DNA of 64,000 nucleotides, taken from the human T2T-CHM13v2.0 reference genome, Homo sapiens. The notes under the pieces are model-generated. The model was not told the origin of the DNA. It ran no database searches and saw nothing but the letters and a program-made list of their open reading frames with translations. Of this stretch, positions 25,512-39,731 are shown in pieces. The stretch lies in NCBI GenBank assembly GCA_009914755.4, contig CP068257.2, positions 832,001-896,000 on the forward strand, read 5' to 3'. Made by a program: the position numbers and the translations under genes. How positions within the stretch are numbered: the stretch's first letter is position 1; each line of letters starts with the position of its first letter.

Positions 25512-27484
25512 TACACGGCATTGTGACATATCACTGCACTGATCACCCAGGCGATACAACTCTTGTCTAGGCTCTGCCTACAATGGTCTTGTGACATATC
25601 TCTGCACTGATCACCCAGGTGATATAACTCTTCTCTAGGATCTGACCACGGGGTGCTTTGTGACATATCCCTGCAATGATCACCCAGGTGATATACCACT
25701 TGCCAAGGCTCTGCTTACAGGGGCATTGCAATGTATCTCTGCACTGATCACCTAGGTCTTGTAGGTATTTTCTAGGATCTGCCTACAGGGTGCTTTGTGA
25801 CGGGTCCCAGCAAGGATTACCCAGGTGATGTACCTCTCATCAATGCTCTGCCTACAGGCACATTGCGATATATCTCTGCACTGATCACCTAGGTCACGTA
25901 ACTTTTGTCTAGGCTCTACCTACGATGGTATTGTGACATATCTCTGCACTAATCATCCAAGTGATGTAACACTTGTCTAGGATGTGCCTAAATTAACTTT
26001 TTGACATAACCCAGTACTGATCATCCAGGTGATGGGGCTTTTGTCTAGGCTCTGCCTAAGGGGGCATTGTGACATATTTCTGCATTGATCACCCAGGTGG
26101 CGAACTCTTCTCTCGGATCTGCCTATGGGGGCATTGTGAGAAATCTGTGCACTGATCACCCAGGTGATGTAACTGTTGTGTAACCTCTGCCTACAGGGGA
26201 ATTGTGAGAGATCTCCCCACTGATTACCCAAGTGATGTAACCATTGTCTAGGCTTTGCGTACAGGGGGCTTTGTGACATACCTTTGCACTGACCAACCAG
26301 GTGATGTAACACATCTAAGTTCGGCCTAAAGGAGCTTTGTGACACATTTCTGCACTGATCACTTAGGTGATGTAACACTTTTATAATCACTGCCTACAGG
26401 GAATTTTGACAAATCTCTGCACTGATCACCTAGGTGATGTAACTCTTGTCTACCCTCTGTCCAACGGGGCATTGTGAAATATCTCAGGACTGAACACCCA
26501 GGTGATTCAACTCTTGAATAGGAACTGCCTACAGAGGTTATTGTGAAATATCTCTGCACTGATAAACTAGGTGGTGTAACCCTTGTCCAAGCTCTGCCTA
26601 CAGGGGCGTTTCCACATATCCCTGAACTGATGACAAATGTGATGTAACTCTTGCCTAGGCTTTGCCTACAGGGGCATTGGACATATATCTGCACTGATCA
26701 CCCAGGTGATGCAACTCTTGCCTAGGCTTTGCCTACAGGGGACACTGTGACATATCTCTTCAATGATCACTCATGTGATGCATCTCTTGCCTAGGCTTTG
26801 CCAACAGGGGACATTGGGACATATCTCTGCACTGATCTCCCTGGTACAGTAACTTTAGTCTAGGCTCTGGCTACACGGCATTGTGACATATCACTGCACT
26901 GATCAACCAGGTGATATAACTCTTGTATAGGCTCTGCCTACAGGGGGATTGTGACCTACCTCTGCACTGATCACCCAGGAGATATAACTCTCCTCTAGGA
27001 TCTGCCTACAGGGTGCTTTGGGACATATCCCTGCACTGATCACCCAGGTGACCTAACTCTGGTCTAAGCTCTGCCTAAAGGGGCATTGTGACAGATCTCT
27101 GCACTGATTAGTCAGGTGATGTAACTATTGTCTAGGCTCTGCTTAAAGGGGCCTTGTCACATATCCCTGCACTGATCACCCAGGTGATGTAACTCTTGTC
27201 TAGGCTCTGCTTCCAGGGCATATTGTGACATAACTATGCACTGATCACCTTAGTGATGTAACACTTGTGTAGGCTCGGCCTACAGAGGAATCTTGACATA
27301 TCTCTGCACTGTTAAACGAGGTGATTTAACTCTTGTCTAGGCTGTGCCCACAGGGGGATTGAGACATATCTCTGCAATGATCCCGAGGTGATCCAACTCT
27401 TGCCTGGTCTCTGCCTACTGGGGACATTGTGACATATCTCTGCACTGATCTCCCAGGTGCTGTAAATTTTGTCTAGGCTCTGGC
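25512..27484. repeat. HOR unit 14 (A), 1973 bp
   Basis: periodicity. Confidence 0.9.
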
Positions 27485-29866
27485 TACACGGCATTGTGAC
27501 TTATCACTGCACTGATCACCCAGGCGATACAACTCTTGTCTAGGCTCTGCCTACAATGGTCTTGTGACATATCTCTGCACTGATCACCCAGGTGATATAA
27601 CTCTTCTCTGTGATCTGACCACGGGGTGCTTTGTGACATATCCCTGCAATGATCACCCAGGTGATATACCACTTGCCAAGGCTCTGCTTACAGGGGCATT
27701 GCAATGTATCTCTGCACTGATCACCTAGGTCTTGTAGCTATTTTCTAGGATCTGCCTACAGGGTGCTTTGTGACGGGTCCCAGCAAGGATTACCCAGGTG
27801 ATGTACCTCTCATCAATGCTCTGCCTACAGGCACATTGCGATATATCTCTGCACTGATCACCTAGGTCACGTAACTTTTGTCTAGGCTCTACCTACGATG
27901 GTATTGTGACATATCTCTGCACTAATCATCCAAGTGATGTAACACTTGTCTAGGATGTGCCTAAATTAACTTTTTGACATAACCCAGTACTGATCATCCA
28001 GGTGATGGGGCTTTTGTCTAGGCTCTGCCTAAGGGGGCATTGTGACATATTTCTGCATTGATCACCCAGGTGGCGAACACTTCTCTCGGATCTGCCTATG
28101 GGGGCATTGTGAGAAATCTCTGCACTGATCACCCAGGTGATGTAACTGTTGTGTAACCTCTGCCTACAGGGGAATTGTGAGAGATCTCCCCACTGATTAC
28201 CCAAGTGATGTAACCATTGTCTAGGCTTTGCGTACAGGGGGCTTTGTGACATACCTTTGCACTGATCAACCAGGTGATGTAACACATCTAAGTTCGGCCT
28301 AAAGGAGCTTTGTGACACATCTCTGCACTGATCACTTAGGTGATGTAACACTTTTATAATCACTGCCTACAGGGAATTTTGACAAATCTCTGCACTGATC
28401 ACCTAGGTGATGTAACTCTTGTCTACCCTCTGTCCAACGGGGCATTGTGAAATATCTCAGGACTGAACACCCAGGTGATTCAACTCTTGACTAGGAACTG
28501 CCTACAGAGGTTATTGTGAAATATCTCTGCACTGATAAACTAGGTGGTGTAACCCTTGTCCAAGCTCTGCCTACAGGGGCGTTTCCACATATCCCTGAAC
28601 TGATGACAAAGGTGATGTAACTCTTGCCTAGGCTTTGCCTACAGGGGCATTGGACATATATCTGCACTGATCACCCAGGTGATGCAACTCTTGCCTAGGC
28701 TTTGCCTACAGGGAACACTGTGACATATCTCTTCAATGATCACTCATGTGATGCATCTCTTGCCTAGGCTTTGCCAACAGGGGACATTGTGACATATCTC
28801 TGCACTGATCTCCCTGGTACTGTAACTTTAGTCTAGGCTCTGGCTACACGGCATTGTGACATATCACTGCACTGATCAACCAGGTGATATAACTCTTGTA
28901 TAGGCTCTGCCTACAGGGGGCTTGTGACCTACCTCTGCACTGATCACCCAGGTGATATAACTCTTCTCTAGGATCTGCCTACAGGGTGCTTTGTGACATA
29001 TCCCTGCACTGATCACCCAGGTGACCTAACTCTGGTCTAAGCTCTGCCTAAAGGGGCATTGTGACAGATCTCTGCACTGATCACTCAGGTGATGTAACTA
29101 TTGTCTAGGCTCTGCTTAAAGGGGCCTTGTCACATATCCCTGCACTGATCACCCAGGTGATGCAACTCTTGCCTAGGCTTTGCCTACAGGGGACATTGTG
29201 ACATATCTCTGCACTGATCTCCCAGGTGCTGTAACTTTAGTCTAGACTCTGGCTACACGGCATTGTGACATATCACTGCACTGATCAACCAGGTGATATA
29301 ACTCTTGTATAGGCTCTGCCTACAGGGGGCTTGTGACCTACCTCTGCACTGATCACCCAGGTGATATAACTCTTCTCTAGGATCTGCCTACAGGGTGCTT
29401 TGTGACATATCCCTGCACTGATCACCCAGGTGACCTAACTCTGGTCTAAGCTCTGCCTAAAGGGGCATTGTGACAGATCTCTGCACTGATCACTCAGGTG
29501 ATGTAAGTATTGTCTAGGCTCTGCTTAAAGGGGCCTTGTCACATATCCCTGCACTAATCACCCAGGTGATGTAACTCTTGTCTAGGCTGTGCTTCCAGGG
29601 CATATTGTGACATAACTATGCACTGATCATCTTAGTGATTTAACACTTGTGTAGGCTCAGCCTACAGAGGAATCTTGACATATCTCTGCACTGTTAAACG
29701 AGGTGATTTAACTCTTGTCTAGGCTGTGCCCACAGGGGGATTGAGACATATCTCTGCACTGATCCCGAGGTGATCCAACTCTTGCCTGGTCTCTGCCTAC
29801 TGGGGACATTGTGACATATCTCTGCACTGATCTCCCAGGTGCTGTAAATTTTGTCTAGGCTCTGGC
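27485..29866. repeat. HOR unit 15 (A), 2382 bp: standard 29 monomers plus a six-monomer (409 bp) internal duplication
   Basis: ORF-track spacings 27312 to 29694 and 27950 to 30332 are both 2382. Monomers 20-25 are present twice, at 28752-29160 and 29161-29569. Confidence 0.88.
29161..29569. repeat. Second copy of monomers 20-25 (six-monomer duplication). Its left about 100 bp carries family-B-type variants (ctgatctcccaggtgctgtaactttagtctagactctgg, including an XbaI site).
   Basis: Junction at 29160/29161 (cacccaggtga|tgcaactcttgcctagg). The stretch 29161-29262 matches family B 52961-53062 and does not match the A-type first copy at 28752-28850 (which has ctccctggtactgtaactttagtctaggctctgg). 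Confidence 0.75.
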
Positions 29867-31839
29867 TACACGGCATTGTGACTTATCACTGCACTGATCA
29901 CCCAGGCGATACAACTCTTGTCTAGGCTCTGCCTACAATGGTCTTGTGACATATCTCTGCACTGATCACCCAGGTGATATAACTCTTCTCTAGGATCTGA
30001 CCACGGGGTGCTTTGTGACATATCCCTGCAATGATCACCCAGGTGATATACCACTTGCCAAGGCTCTGCTTACAGGGGCATTGCAATGTATCTCTGCACT
30101 GATCACCTAGGTCTTGTAGCTATTTTCTAGCATCTGCCTACAGGGTGCTTTGTGACGGGTCCCAGCAAGGATTACCCAGGTGATGTACCTCTCATCAAGG
30201 CTCTGCCTACAGGCACATTGCGATATATCTCTGCACTGATCACCTAGGTCATGTAACTTTTGTCTAGGCTCTACCTACGATGGTATTGTGACATATCTCT
30301 GCACCAATCATCCAAGTGATGTAACACTTGTCTAGGATGTGCCTAAATTACCTTTTTGACATAACCCTGTACTGATCATCCAGGTGATGGGGCTTTTGTC
30401 TAGGCTCTGCCTAAGGGGGCATTGTGACATATTTCTGCATTGATCACCCAGGTGGCGAACTCTTCTCTCGGATCTGCCTATGGGGGCATTGTGAGAAATC
30501 TCTGCACTGATCACCCAGGTGATGTAACTGTTGTGTAACCTCTGCCTACAGGGGAATTGTGAGAGAACTCGCCACTGATTACCCAAGTGATGTAATCATT
30601 GTCTAGGCTTTGCGTACAGGGGTCTTTGTGACATACCTTTGCACTGATCACCCAGGTGATGTAACACATCTAAGTTCGGCCTAAAGGAGCTTTGTGACAC
30701 ATCTCTGCACTGATCACTTAGGTGATGTAACACTTTTATAATCACTGCCTACAGGGAATTTTGACAAATCTCTGCACTGATCACCTAGGTGATGTAACTC
30801 TTGTCTACCCTCTCTCCAACGGGGCATTGTGAAATATCTCAGCACTGAACACCCAGGTGATTCAACTCTTGACTAGGAACTGCCTACAGAGGTTATTGTG
30901 AAATATCTCTGCACTGATAAACTAGGTGGTGTAACCCTTGTCCAAGCTCTGCCTACAGGGGCGTTTCCACATATCCCTGAACTGATGACAAAGGTGATGT
31001 AACTCTTGCCTAGGCTTTGCCTACAGGGGCATTGGACATATATCTGCACTGATCACCCAGGTGATGCAACTGTTGCCTAGGCTTTGCCTACAGGGGACAC
31101 TGTGACATATCTCTTCAATGATCACTTATGTGATGCATCTCTTGCCTAGGCTTTGCCTACAGGGGACATTGTGACATATCTCTGCACTGATCTCCCTGGT
31201 ACTGTAACTTTAGTCTAGGCTCTGTCTACACGGCATTGTGACATATCACTGCACTGATCAACCAGGTGATATAACTCTTGTATAGGCTCTGCCTACAGGG
31301 GGATTGTGACCTACCTCTGCACTGATCACCCAGGTGATATAACTCTTCTCTAGGATCTGCCTACAGGGTGCTTTGTGTCATATCCCTGCACTGATCACCC
31401 AGGTGACCTAACTCTGGTCTAAGCTCTGCCTAAAGGGGCATTGTGACAGATCTCTGCACTGATCACTCAGGTGATGTAACTATTGTCTAGGCTCTGCTTA
31501 AAGGGGCCTAGTCACATATCCCTGCACTGATCACCCAGGTGATGTAACTCTTGTCTAGGCTCTGCTTCCAGGGAATATTGTGACATAACTATGCACTGAT
31601 CACCTCAGTGATGTAACACTTGTGTAGGCACGGCCTACAGAGGAATCTTGACATATCTCTGCACTGTTAAACGAGGTGATTTAACTCTTGTCTAGGCTCT
31701 GCCCACAGGGGGATTGAGACATATCTCTGCACTGATTCCGAGGTGATCCAACTCTTGCCTGGTCTCTGCCTACTGGGGACATTGTGACATATCTCTGCAC
31801 TGATCTCCCAGGTGCTGTAAATTTTGTCTAGGCTCTGGC
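29867..31839. repeat. HOR unit 16 (A), 1973 bp
   Basis: periodicity. Confidence 0.9.
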
Positions 31840-33812
31840 TACACGGCATTGTGACTTATCACTGCACTGATCACCCAGGCGATACAACTCTTGTCTAGGC
31901 TCTGCCTACAATGGTCTTGTGACATATCTCTGCACTGATCACCCAGGTGATATAACTCTTCTCTAGGATCTGACCACGGGGTGCTTTGTGACATATCCCT
32001 GCAATGATCACCCAGGTGATATACCACTTGCCAAGGCTCTGCTTACAGGGGCATTGCAATGTATCTCTGCACTGATCACCTAGGTCTTGTAGCTATTTTC
32101 TAGGATCTGCCTACAGGGTGCTTTGTGACGGGTCCCAGCAAGGATTACCCAGGTGATGTACCTCTCATCAAGGTTCTGCCTACAGGCACATTGCGGTATA
32201 TCTCTGCACTGATCACCTAGGTCACGTAACTTTTGTCTAGGCTCTACCTCCGATGGTATTGTGACATATCTCTGCACTAATCATCCAAGTGATGTAACAC
32301 TTGTCTAGGATGTGCCTAAATTAACTTTTTGACATAACCCTGTACTGATCATCCAGGTGCTGGGGCTTTTGTCTAGGCTCTGCCTAAGGGGGCATTGTGA
32401 CATATTTCTGCATTGATCACCCAGGTGGCGAACTCTTCTCTCGGATCTGCCTATGGGGGCATTGTGAGAAATCTCTGCACTGATCACCCAGGTGATGTAA
32501 CTGTCGTGTAACCTCTGCCTACAGGGGAATTGTGAGAGATCTCCCCACTGATTACCCAAGTGATGTAACCATTGTCTAGGCTTTGCGTACAGGGGGCTTT
32601 GTGACATACCTTTGCACTGATCAACCAGGTGATGTAACACATCTAAGTTCGGCCTAAAGGAGCTTTGTGACATATCTCTGCACTGATCACTTAGGTGATG
32701 TAACACTTTTATAATCACTGCCTACAGGGAATTTTGACAAATCTCTGCACTGATCACCTAGGTGATGTAACTCTTGTCTACCCTCTGTCCAACGGGGCAT
32801 TGTGAAATATCTCAGCACTGAACACCCAGGTGATTCAACTCTTGATTAGGAACTGCCTACAGAGGTTATTGTGAAATATCTCTGCACTGATAAACTAGGT
32901 GGTGTAACCCTTGTCCAAGCTCTGCCTACAGGGGCGTTTCCACATATCCCTGAACTGATGACAAAGGTGATGTAACTCTTGCCTAGGCTTTGCCTACAGG
33001 GGCATTGGACATATATCTGCACTGATCACCCAGCTGATGCAACTCTTGCCTAGGCTTTGCCTACAGGGGACACTGTGACATATCTCTTCAATGATCACTC
33101 ATGTGATGCATCTCTTGCCTAGGCTTTGCCAACAGGGGACATTGTGACATATCTCTGCACTGATCTCCCTGGTACTGTAACTTTAGTCTAGGCTCTGTCT
33201 ACACGGCATTGTGACATATCACTGCACTGATCAACCAGGTGATATAACTCTTGTATAGGCTCTGCCTACAGGGGGATTGTGACCTACCTCTGCACTGATC
33301 ACCCAGGTGATATAACTCTTCTCTAGGATCTGCCTACAGGGTGCTTTGTGTCATATCCCTGCACTGATCACCCAGGTGACCTAACTCTGGTCTAAGCTCT
33401 GGCTAAAGGGGCATTGTGACAGATCTCTGCACTGATCACTCAGGTGATGTAACTATTGTCTAGGCTCTGCTTAAAGGGGCCTAGTCACATATCCCTGCAC
33501 TGATCACCCAGGTGATGTAACTCTTGTCTAGGCTCTGCTTCCAGGGAATATTGTGACATAACTATGCACTGATCACCTCAGTGATGTAACACTTGTGTAG
33601 GCTCGGCCTACAGAGGAATCTTGACATATCTCTGCACTGTTAAACGAGGTGATTTAACTCTTGTCTAGGCTGTGCCCACAGGGGGATTGAGACATATCTC
33701 TGCACTGATTCCGAGGTGATCCAACTCTTGCCTGGTCTCTGCCTACTGGGGACATTGTGACATATCTCTGCACTGATCTCCCAGGTGCTGTAAATTTTGT
33801 CTAGGCTCTGGC
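31840..33812. repeat. HOR unit 17 (A), 1973 bp
   Basis: periodicity. Confidence 0.9.
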
Positions 33813-35785
33813 TACACGGCATTGTGACTTATCACTGCACTGATCACCCAGGCGATACAACTCTTGTCTAGGCTCTGCCTACAATGGTCTTGTGACATAT
33901 CTCTGCACTGATCACCCAGGTGATATAACTCTTCTCTAGGATCTGACCACGGGGTGCTTTGTGACATATCCCTGCAATGATCACCCAGGTGATATACCAC
34001 TTGCCAAGGCTCTGCTTACAGGGGCATTGCAATGTATCTCTGCACTGATCACCTAGGTCTTGTAGCTATTTTCTAGGATCTGCCTACAGGGTGCTTTGTG
34101 ACGGGTCCCAGCAAGGATTACCCAGGTGATGTACCTCTCATCAAGGTTCTGCCTACAGGCACATTGCGATATATCTCTGCACTGATCACCTAGGTCACGT
34201 AACTTTTGTCTAGGCTCTACCTCCGATGGTATTGTGACATATCTCTGCACTAATCATCCAAGTGATGTAACACTTGTCTAGGATGTGCCTAAATTAACTT
34301 TTTGACATAACCCTGTACTGATCATCCAGGTGATGGGGCTTTTGTCTAGGCTCTGCCTAAGGGGGCATTGTGACATATTTCTGCATTGATCACCCAGGTG
34401 GCGAACTCTTCTCTCGGATCTGCCTATGGGGGCATTGTGAGAAATCTCTGCACTGATCACCCAGGTGATGTAACTGTTGTGTAACCTTTGCCTACAGGGG
34501 AATTGTGAGAGATCTCCCCACTGATTACCCAAGTGATGTAACCATTGTCTAGGCTTTGCGTACAGGGGGCTTTGTGACATACCTTTGCACTGATCAACCA
34601 GGTGATGTAACACATCTAAGTTCGGCCTAAAGGAGCTTTGTGACACATCTCTGCACTGATCACTTAGGTGATGTAACACTTTTATAATCACTGCCTACAG
34701 GGAATTTTGACAAATCTCTGCACTGATCACCTAGGTGATGTAACTCTTGTCTACCCTCTGTCCAATGGGGCATTGTGAAATATCTCAGCACTGAACACCC
34801 AGGTGATTCAACTCTTGATTAGGAACTGCCTACAGAGGTTATTGTGAAATATCTCTGCACTGATCAACTAGGTGGTGTAACCCTTGTCCAAGCTCTGCCT
34901 ACAGGGGCGTTTCCACATATCCCTGAACTGATGACAAAGGTGATGTAACTCTTGCCTAGGCTTTGCCTACAGGGGCATTGGACATATATCTGCACTGATC
35001 ACCCAGGTGATGCAACTCTTGCCTAGGCTTTGCCTACAGGGGACACTGTGACATATCTCTTCAATGATCACTCATGTGATGCATCTCTTGCCTAGGCTTT
35101 GCCAACAGGGGACATTGTGACATATCTCTGCACTGATCTCCCTGGTACTGTAACTTTAGTCTAGGCTCTGGCTACACGGCATTGTGATATATCACTGCAC
35201 TGATCAACCAGGTGATATAACTCTTGTATAGGCTCTGCCTACAGGGGGCTTGTGACCTACCTCTGCACTGATCACCCAGGTGATATAACTCTCCTCTAGG
35301 ATCTGCCTACAGGGTGCTTTGGGACATATCCCTGCACTGATCACCCAGGTGACCTAACTCTGGTCTAAGCTCTGCCTAAAGGGGCATTGTGACAGATCTC
35401 TGCACTGATCACTCAGGTGATGTAACTATTGTCTAGGCTCTGCTTAAAGGGGCCTTGTCACATATCCCTGCACTGATCACCCAGGTGATGTAACTCTTGT
35501 CTAGGCTCTGCTTCCAGGGAATATTGTGACATAACTATGCACTGATCACCTCAGTGATGTAACACTTGTGTAGGCTCGGCCTACAGAGGAATCTTGACAT
35601 ATCTCTGCACTGTTAAACGAGGTGATTTAACTCTTGTCTAGGCTGTGCCCACAGGGGGATTGAGACATATCTCTGCACTGATCCCGAGTTGATCCAACTC
35701 TTGCCTGGTCTCTGCCTACTGGGGACATTGTGACATATCTCTGCACTGATCTCCCAGGTGCTGTAAATTTTGTCTAGGCTCTGGC
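33813..35785. repeat. HOR unit 18 (A), 1973 bp
   Basis: periodicity. Confidence 0.9.
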
Positions 35786-37758
35786 TACACGGCATTGTGA
35801 CTTATCACTGCACTGATCACCCAGGCGATACAACTCTTGTCTAGGCTCTGCCTACAATGGTCTTGTGACATATCTCTGCACTGATCACCCAGGTGATATA
35901 ACTCTTCTCTAGGATCTGACCACGGGGTGCTTTGTGACTTATCCCTGCAATGATCACCCATGTGATATACCACTTGCCAAGGCTCTGCTTACAGGGGCAT
36001 TGCAATGTATCTCTGCACTGATCACCTAGGTCTTGTAGCTATTTTCTAGGATCTGCCTACAGGGTGCTTTGTGACGGTTCCCAGCAAGGATTACCCAGGT
36101 GATGTACCCCTCATCAAGGCTCTGCCTACAGGCACATTGCGATATATCTCTGCACTGATCACCTAGGTCACGTAACTTTTGTCTAGGCTCTACCTACGAT
36201 GGTATTGTGACATATCTCTGCACTAATCATCCAAGTGATGTAACACTTGTCTAGGATGTGCCTAAATTAACTTTTTGACATAACCCTGTACTGATCATCC
36301 AGGTGATGGGGATTTTGTCTAGGCTCTGCCTAAGGGGGCATTGTGACATATTTCTGCATTGATCACCCAGGTGGCGAACTCTTCTCTCGGATCTGCCTAT
36401 GGGGGCATTGTGAGAAATCTCTGCACTGATCACCCAGGTGATGTAACTGTTGTGCAACCTCTGCCTACAGGGGAATTGTGAGAGATCTCCCCACTGATTA
36501 CCCAAGTGATGTAACCATTGTCTACGCTTTGCGTACAGGGGGCTTTGTGACATACCTTTGCACTGATCAACCAGGTGATGTAACACATCTAAGTTCGGCC
36601 TAAAGGAGCTTTGTGACACATCTCTGCAGTGATCACTTAGGTGATGTAACACTTTTATAATCACTGCCTACAGGGAATTTTGACAAATCTCTGCACTGAT
36701 CACCTAGGTGATGTAACTCTAGTCTACCCTCTGTCCAACGGGGCATTGTGAAATATCTCAGGTCTGAACACCCAGGTGATTCAACTCTTGACTAGAAACT
36801 GCCTACAGAGGTTATTGTGAAATAACTCTGCACTGATAAACTAGGTGGTGTAACCCTTGTCCAAGCTCTGCCTACAGGGGCGTTTCCACATATCCCTGAA
36901 CTGATGACAAAGGTGATGTAACTCTTGCCTAGGCTTTGCCTACAGGGGCATTGGACATGTATCTCCACTGATCACCCAGGTGATGCAACTCTTGCCTAGG
37001 CTTTGCCTACAGGGGACACTGTGACATATCTCTTCAATGATCACTCATGTGATGCATCTCTTGCCTAGGCTTTGCCAACAGGGGACATTGTGACATATCT
37101 CTGCACTGATCTCCCTGGTACTGTAACTTTAGTCTAGGCTCTGGCTACACGGCAATGTGACATATCACTGCACTGATCAACCAGGTGATATAACTCTTGT
37201 ATAGGTTCCGCCTACAGGGGGCTTGTGACCTACCTCTGCACTGATCACCCAGGTGATATAACTCTTCTCTAGGATCTGCCTACAGGGTGCTTTGTGACAT
37301 ATCCCTGCACTGATCACCCAGGTGACCTAACTCTGGTCTAAGCTCTGCCTAAAGGGGCATTGTGACAGATCTCTGCACTGATCACTCAGGTGATGTAAGT
37401 ATTGTCTAGGCTCTGCTTAAAGGGGACTTGTCACATATCCCTGCACTGATCACCCAGGTGATGTAACTCTTGTCTAGGCTCTGCTTCCAGGGCATATTGT
37501 GACATAACTATGCACTGATCACCTTAGTGATTTAACACTTGTGTAGGCTCGGCCTACAGAGGAATCTTGACATATCTCTGCACTGTTAAACGAGGTGATT
37601 TAACTCTTGTCTAGGCTGTGCCCACAGGGGGATTGAGACATATCTCTGCACTGATTCCGAGGTGATCCAACTCTTGCCTGGTCTCTGCCTACTGGGGACA
37701 TTGTGACATATCTCTGCACTGATCTCCCAGGTGATGTAAATTTTGTCTAGGCTCTGGC
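35786..37758. repeat. HOR unit 19 (A), 1973 bp
   Basis: periodicity. Confidence 0.9.
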
Positions 37759-39731
37759 TACACGGCATTGTGACTTATCACTGCACTGATCACCCAGGCG
37801 ATACAACTCTTGTCTAGGCTCTGCCTACAATGGTCTTGTGACATATCTCTGCACTGATCACCCAGGTGATATAACTCTTCTCTAGGATCTGACCACGGGG
37901 TGCTTTGTGACATATCCCTGCAATGATCACCCAGGTGATATACCACTTGCCAAGGCTCTGCTTACAGGGGCATTGCAATGTATCTCTGCACTGATCACCT
38001 AGGCCTTGTAGCTATTTTCTAGCATCTGCCTACAGGGTGCTTTGTGACGGGTCCCAGCAAGGATTACCCAGGTGATGTACCTCTCATCAAGGCTCTGCCT
38101 ACAGGCACATTGCGATATATCTCTGCACTGATCACCTAGGTCATGTAACTTTTGTCTAGGCTCTACCTACGATGGTATTGTGACATATCTCTGCACCAAT
38201 CATCCAAGTGATGTAACACTTGTCTAGGATGTGCCTAAATTACCTTTTTGACATAACCCTGTACTGATCATCCAGGTGATGGGGCTTTTGTCTAGGCTCT
38301 GCCTAAGGTGGCATTGTGACATATTTCTGCATTGATCACCCAGGTGGCGAACTCTTCTCTCGGATCTGCCTATGGGGGCATTGTGAGAAATCTCTGCACT
38401 GATCACCCAGGTGATGTAACTGTTGTGTAACCTTTGCCTACAGGGGAATTGTGAGAGAACTCGCCACTGTTTACCCAAGTGATGTAACCATTGTCTAGGC
38501 TTTGCGTACAGGGGTCTTTGTGACATACCTTTGCACTGATCACCCAGGTGATGTAACACATCTAAGTTCGGACTAAAGGAGCTTTGTGACACATCTCTGC
38601 ACTGATCACTTAGGTGATGTAACACTTTTATAATCACTGCCTACAGGGAATTTTGACAAATCTCTGCACTGATCACCTAGGTGATGTAACTCTTGTCTAC
38701 CCTCTCTCCAACGGGGCATTGTGAAATATCTCAGCACTGAACACCCAGGTGATTCAAATCTTGACTAGGAACTGCCTACAGAGGTTATTGTGAAATATCT
38801 CTGCACTGGTAAACTAGGTGGTGTAACCCTTGTCCAAGCTCTGCCTACAGGGGCGTTTCCACATATCCCTGAACTGATGACAAAGGTGATGTAACTCTTG
38901 CCTAGGCTTTGCCTACAGGGGCATTGGACATATATCTGCACTGATCACCCAGGTGATGCAACTGTTGCCTAGGCTTTGCCTACAGGGGACACTGTGTCAT
39001 ATCTCTTCAATGATCACTCATGTGATGCATCTCTTGCCTAGGCTTTGCCAACAGGGGACATTGTGACATATCTCTGCACTGATCTCCCTGGTACTGTAAC
39101 TTTAGTCTAGGCTCTGTCTACACGGCATTGTGACATATCACTGCACTGATCAACCAGGTGATATAACTCTTGTATAGGCTCTGCCTACAGGGGGATTGTG
39201 ACCTACATCTGCACTGATCACCCAGGTGATATAACTCTTCTCTAGGATCTGCCTACAGGGTGCTTTGTGTCATATCCCTGCACTGATCACCCAGGTGACC
39301 TAACTCTGGTCTAAGCTCTGGCTAAAGGGGCATTGTGACAGATCTCTGCACTGATCACTCAGGTGATGTAACTATTGTCTAGGCTCTGCTTAAAGGGACC
39401 TAGTCACATATCCCTGCACTGATCACCCAGGTGATGTAACTCTTGTCTAGGCTCTGCTTCCAGGGAATATTGTGACATAACTATGCACTGATCACCTTAG
39501 TGATGTAACACTTGTGTAGGCTCGGCCTACAGAGGAATCTTGACATATCTCTGCACTGTTAAACGAGGTGATTTAACTCTTGTCTAGGCTGTGCCCACAG
39601 GGGGATTGAGACATATCTCTGCACTGATCCCGAGGTGATCCAACTCTTGCCTGGTCTCTGCCTACTGGGGACATTGTGACATATCTCTGCACTGATCTCC
39701 CAGGTGCTGTAAATTTTGTCTAGGCTCTGGC
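37759..39731. repeat. HOR unit 20 (A), 1973 bp
   Basis: periodicity. Confidence 0.9.

Noticed and set aside
27485-29866. The 2382-bp unit and the 1904/1905-bp units could be assembly artefacts
   Set aside because: - This is not fully excluded from sequence alone.
- However, the junctions are clean monomer-core fusions typical of real unequal exchange.
- Units 11 and 12 carry the same deletion plus a shared private variant.
- I keep them as real features but flag long-read validation.
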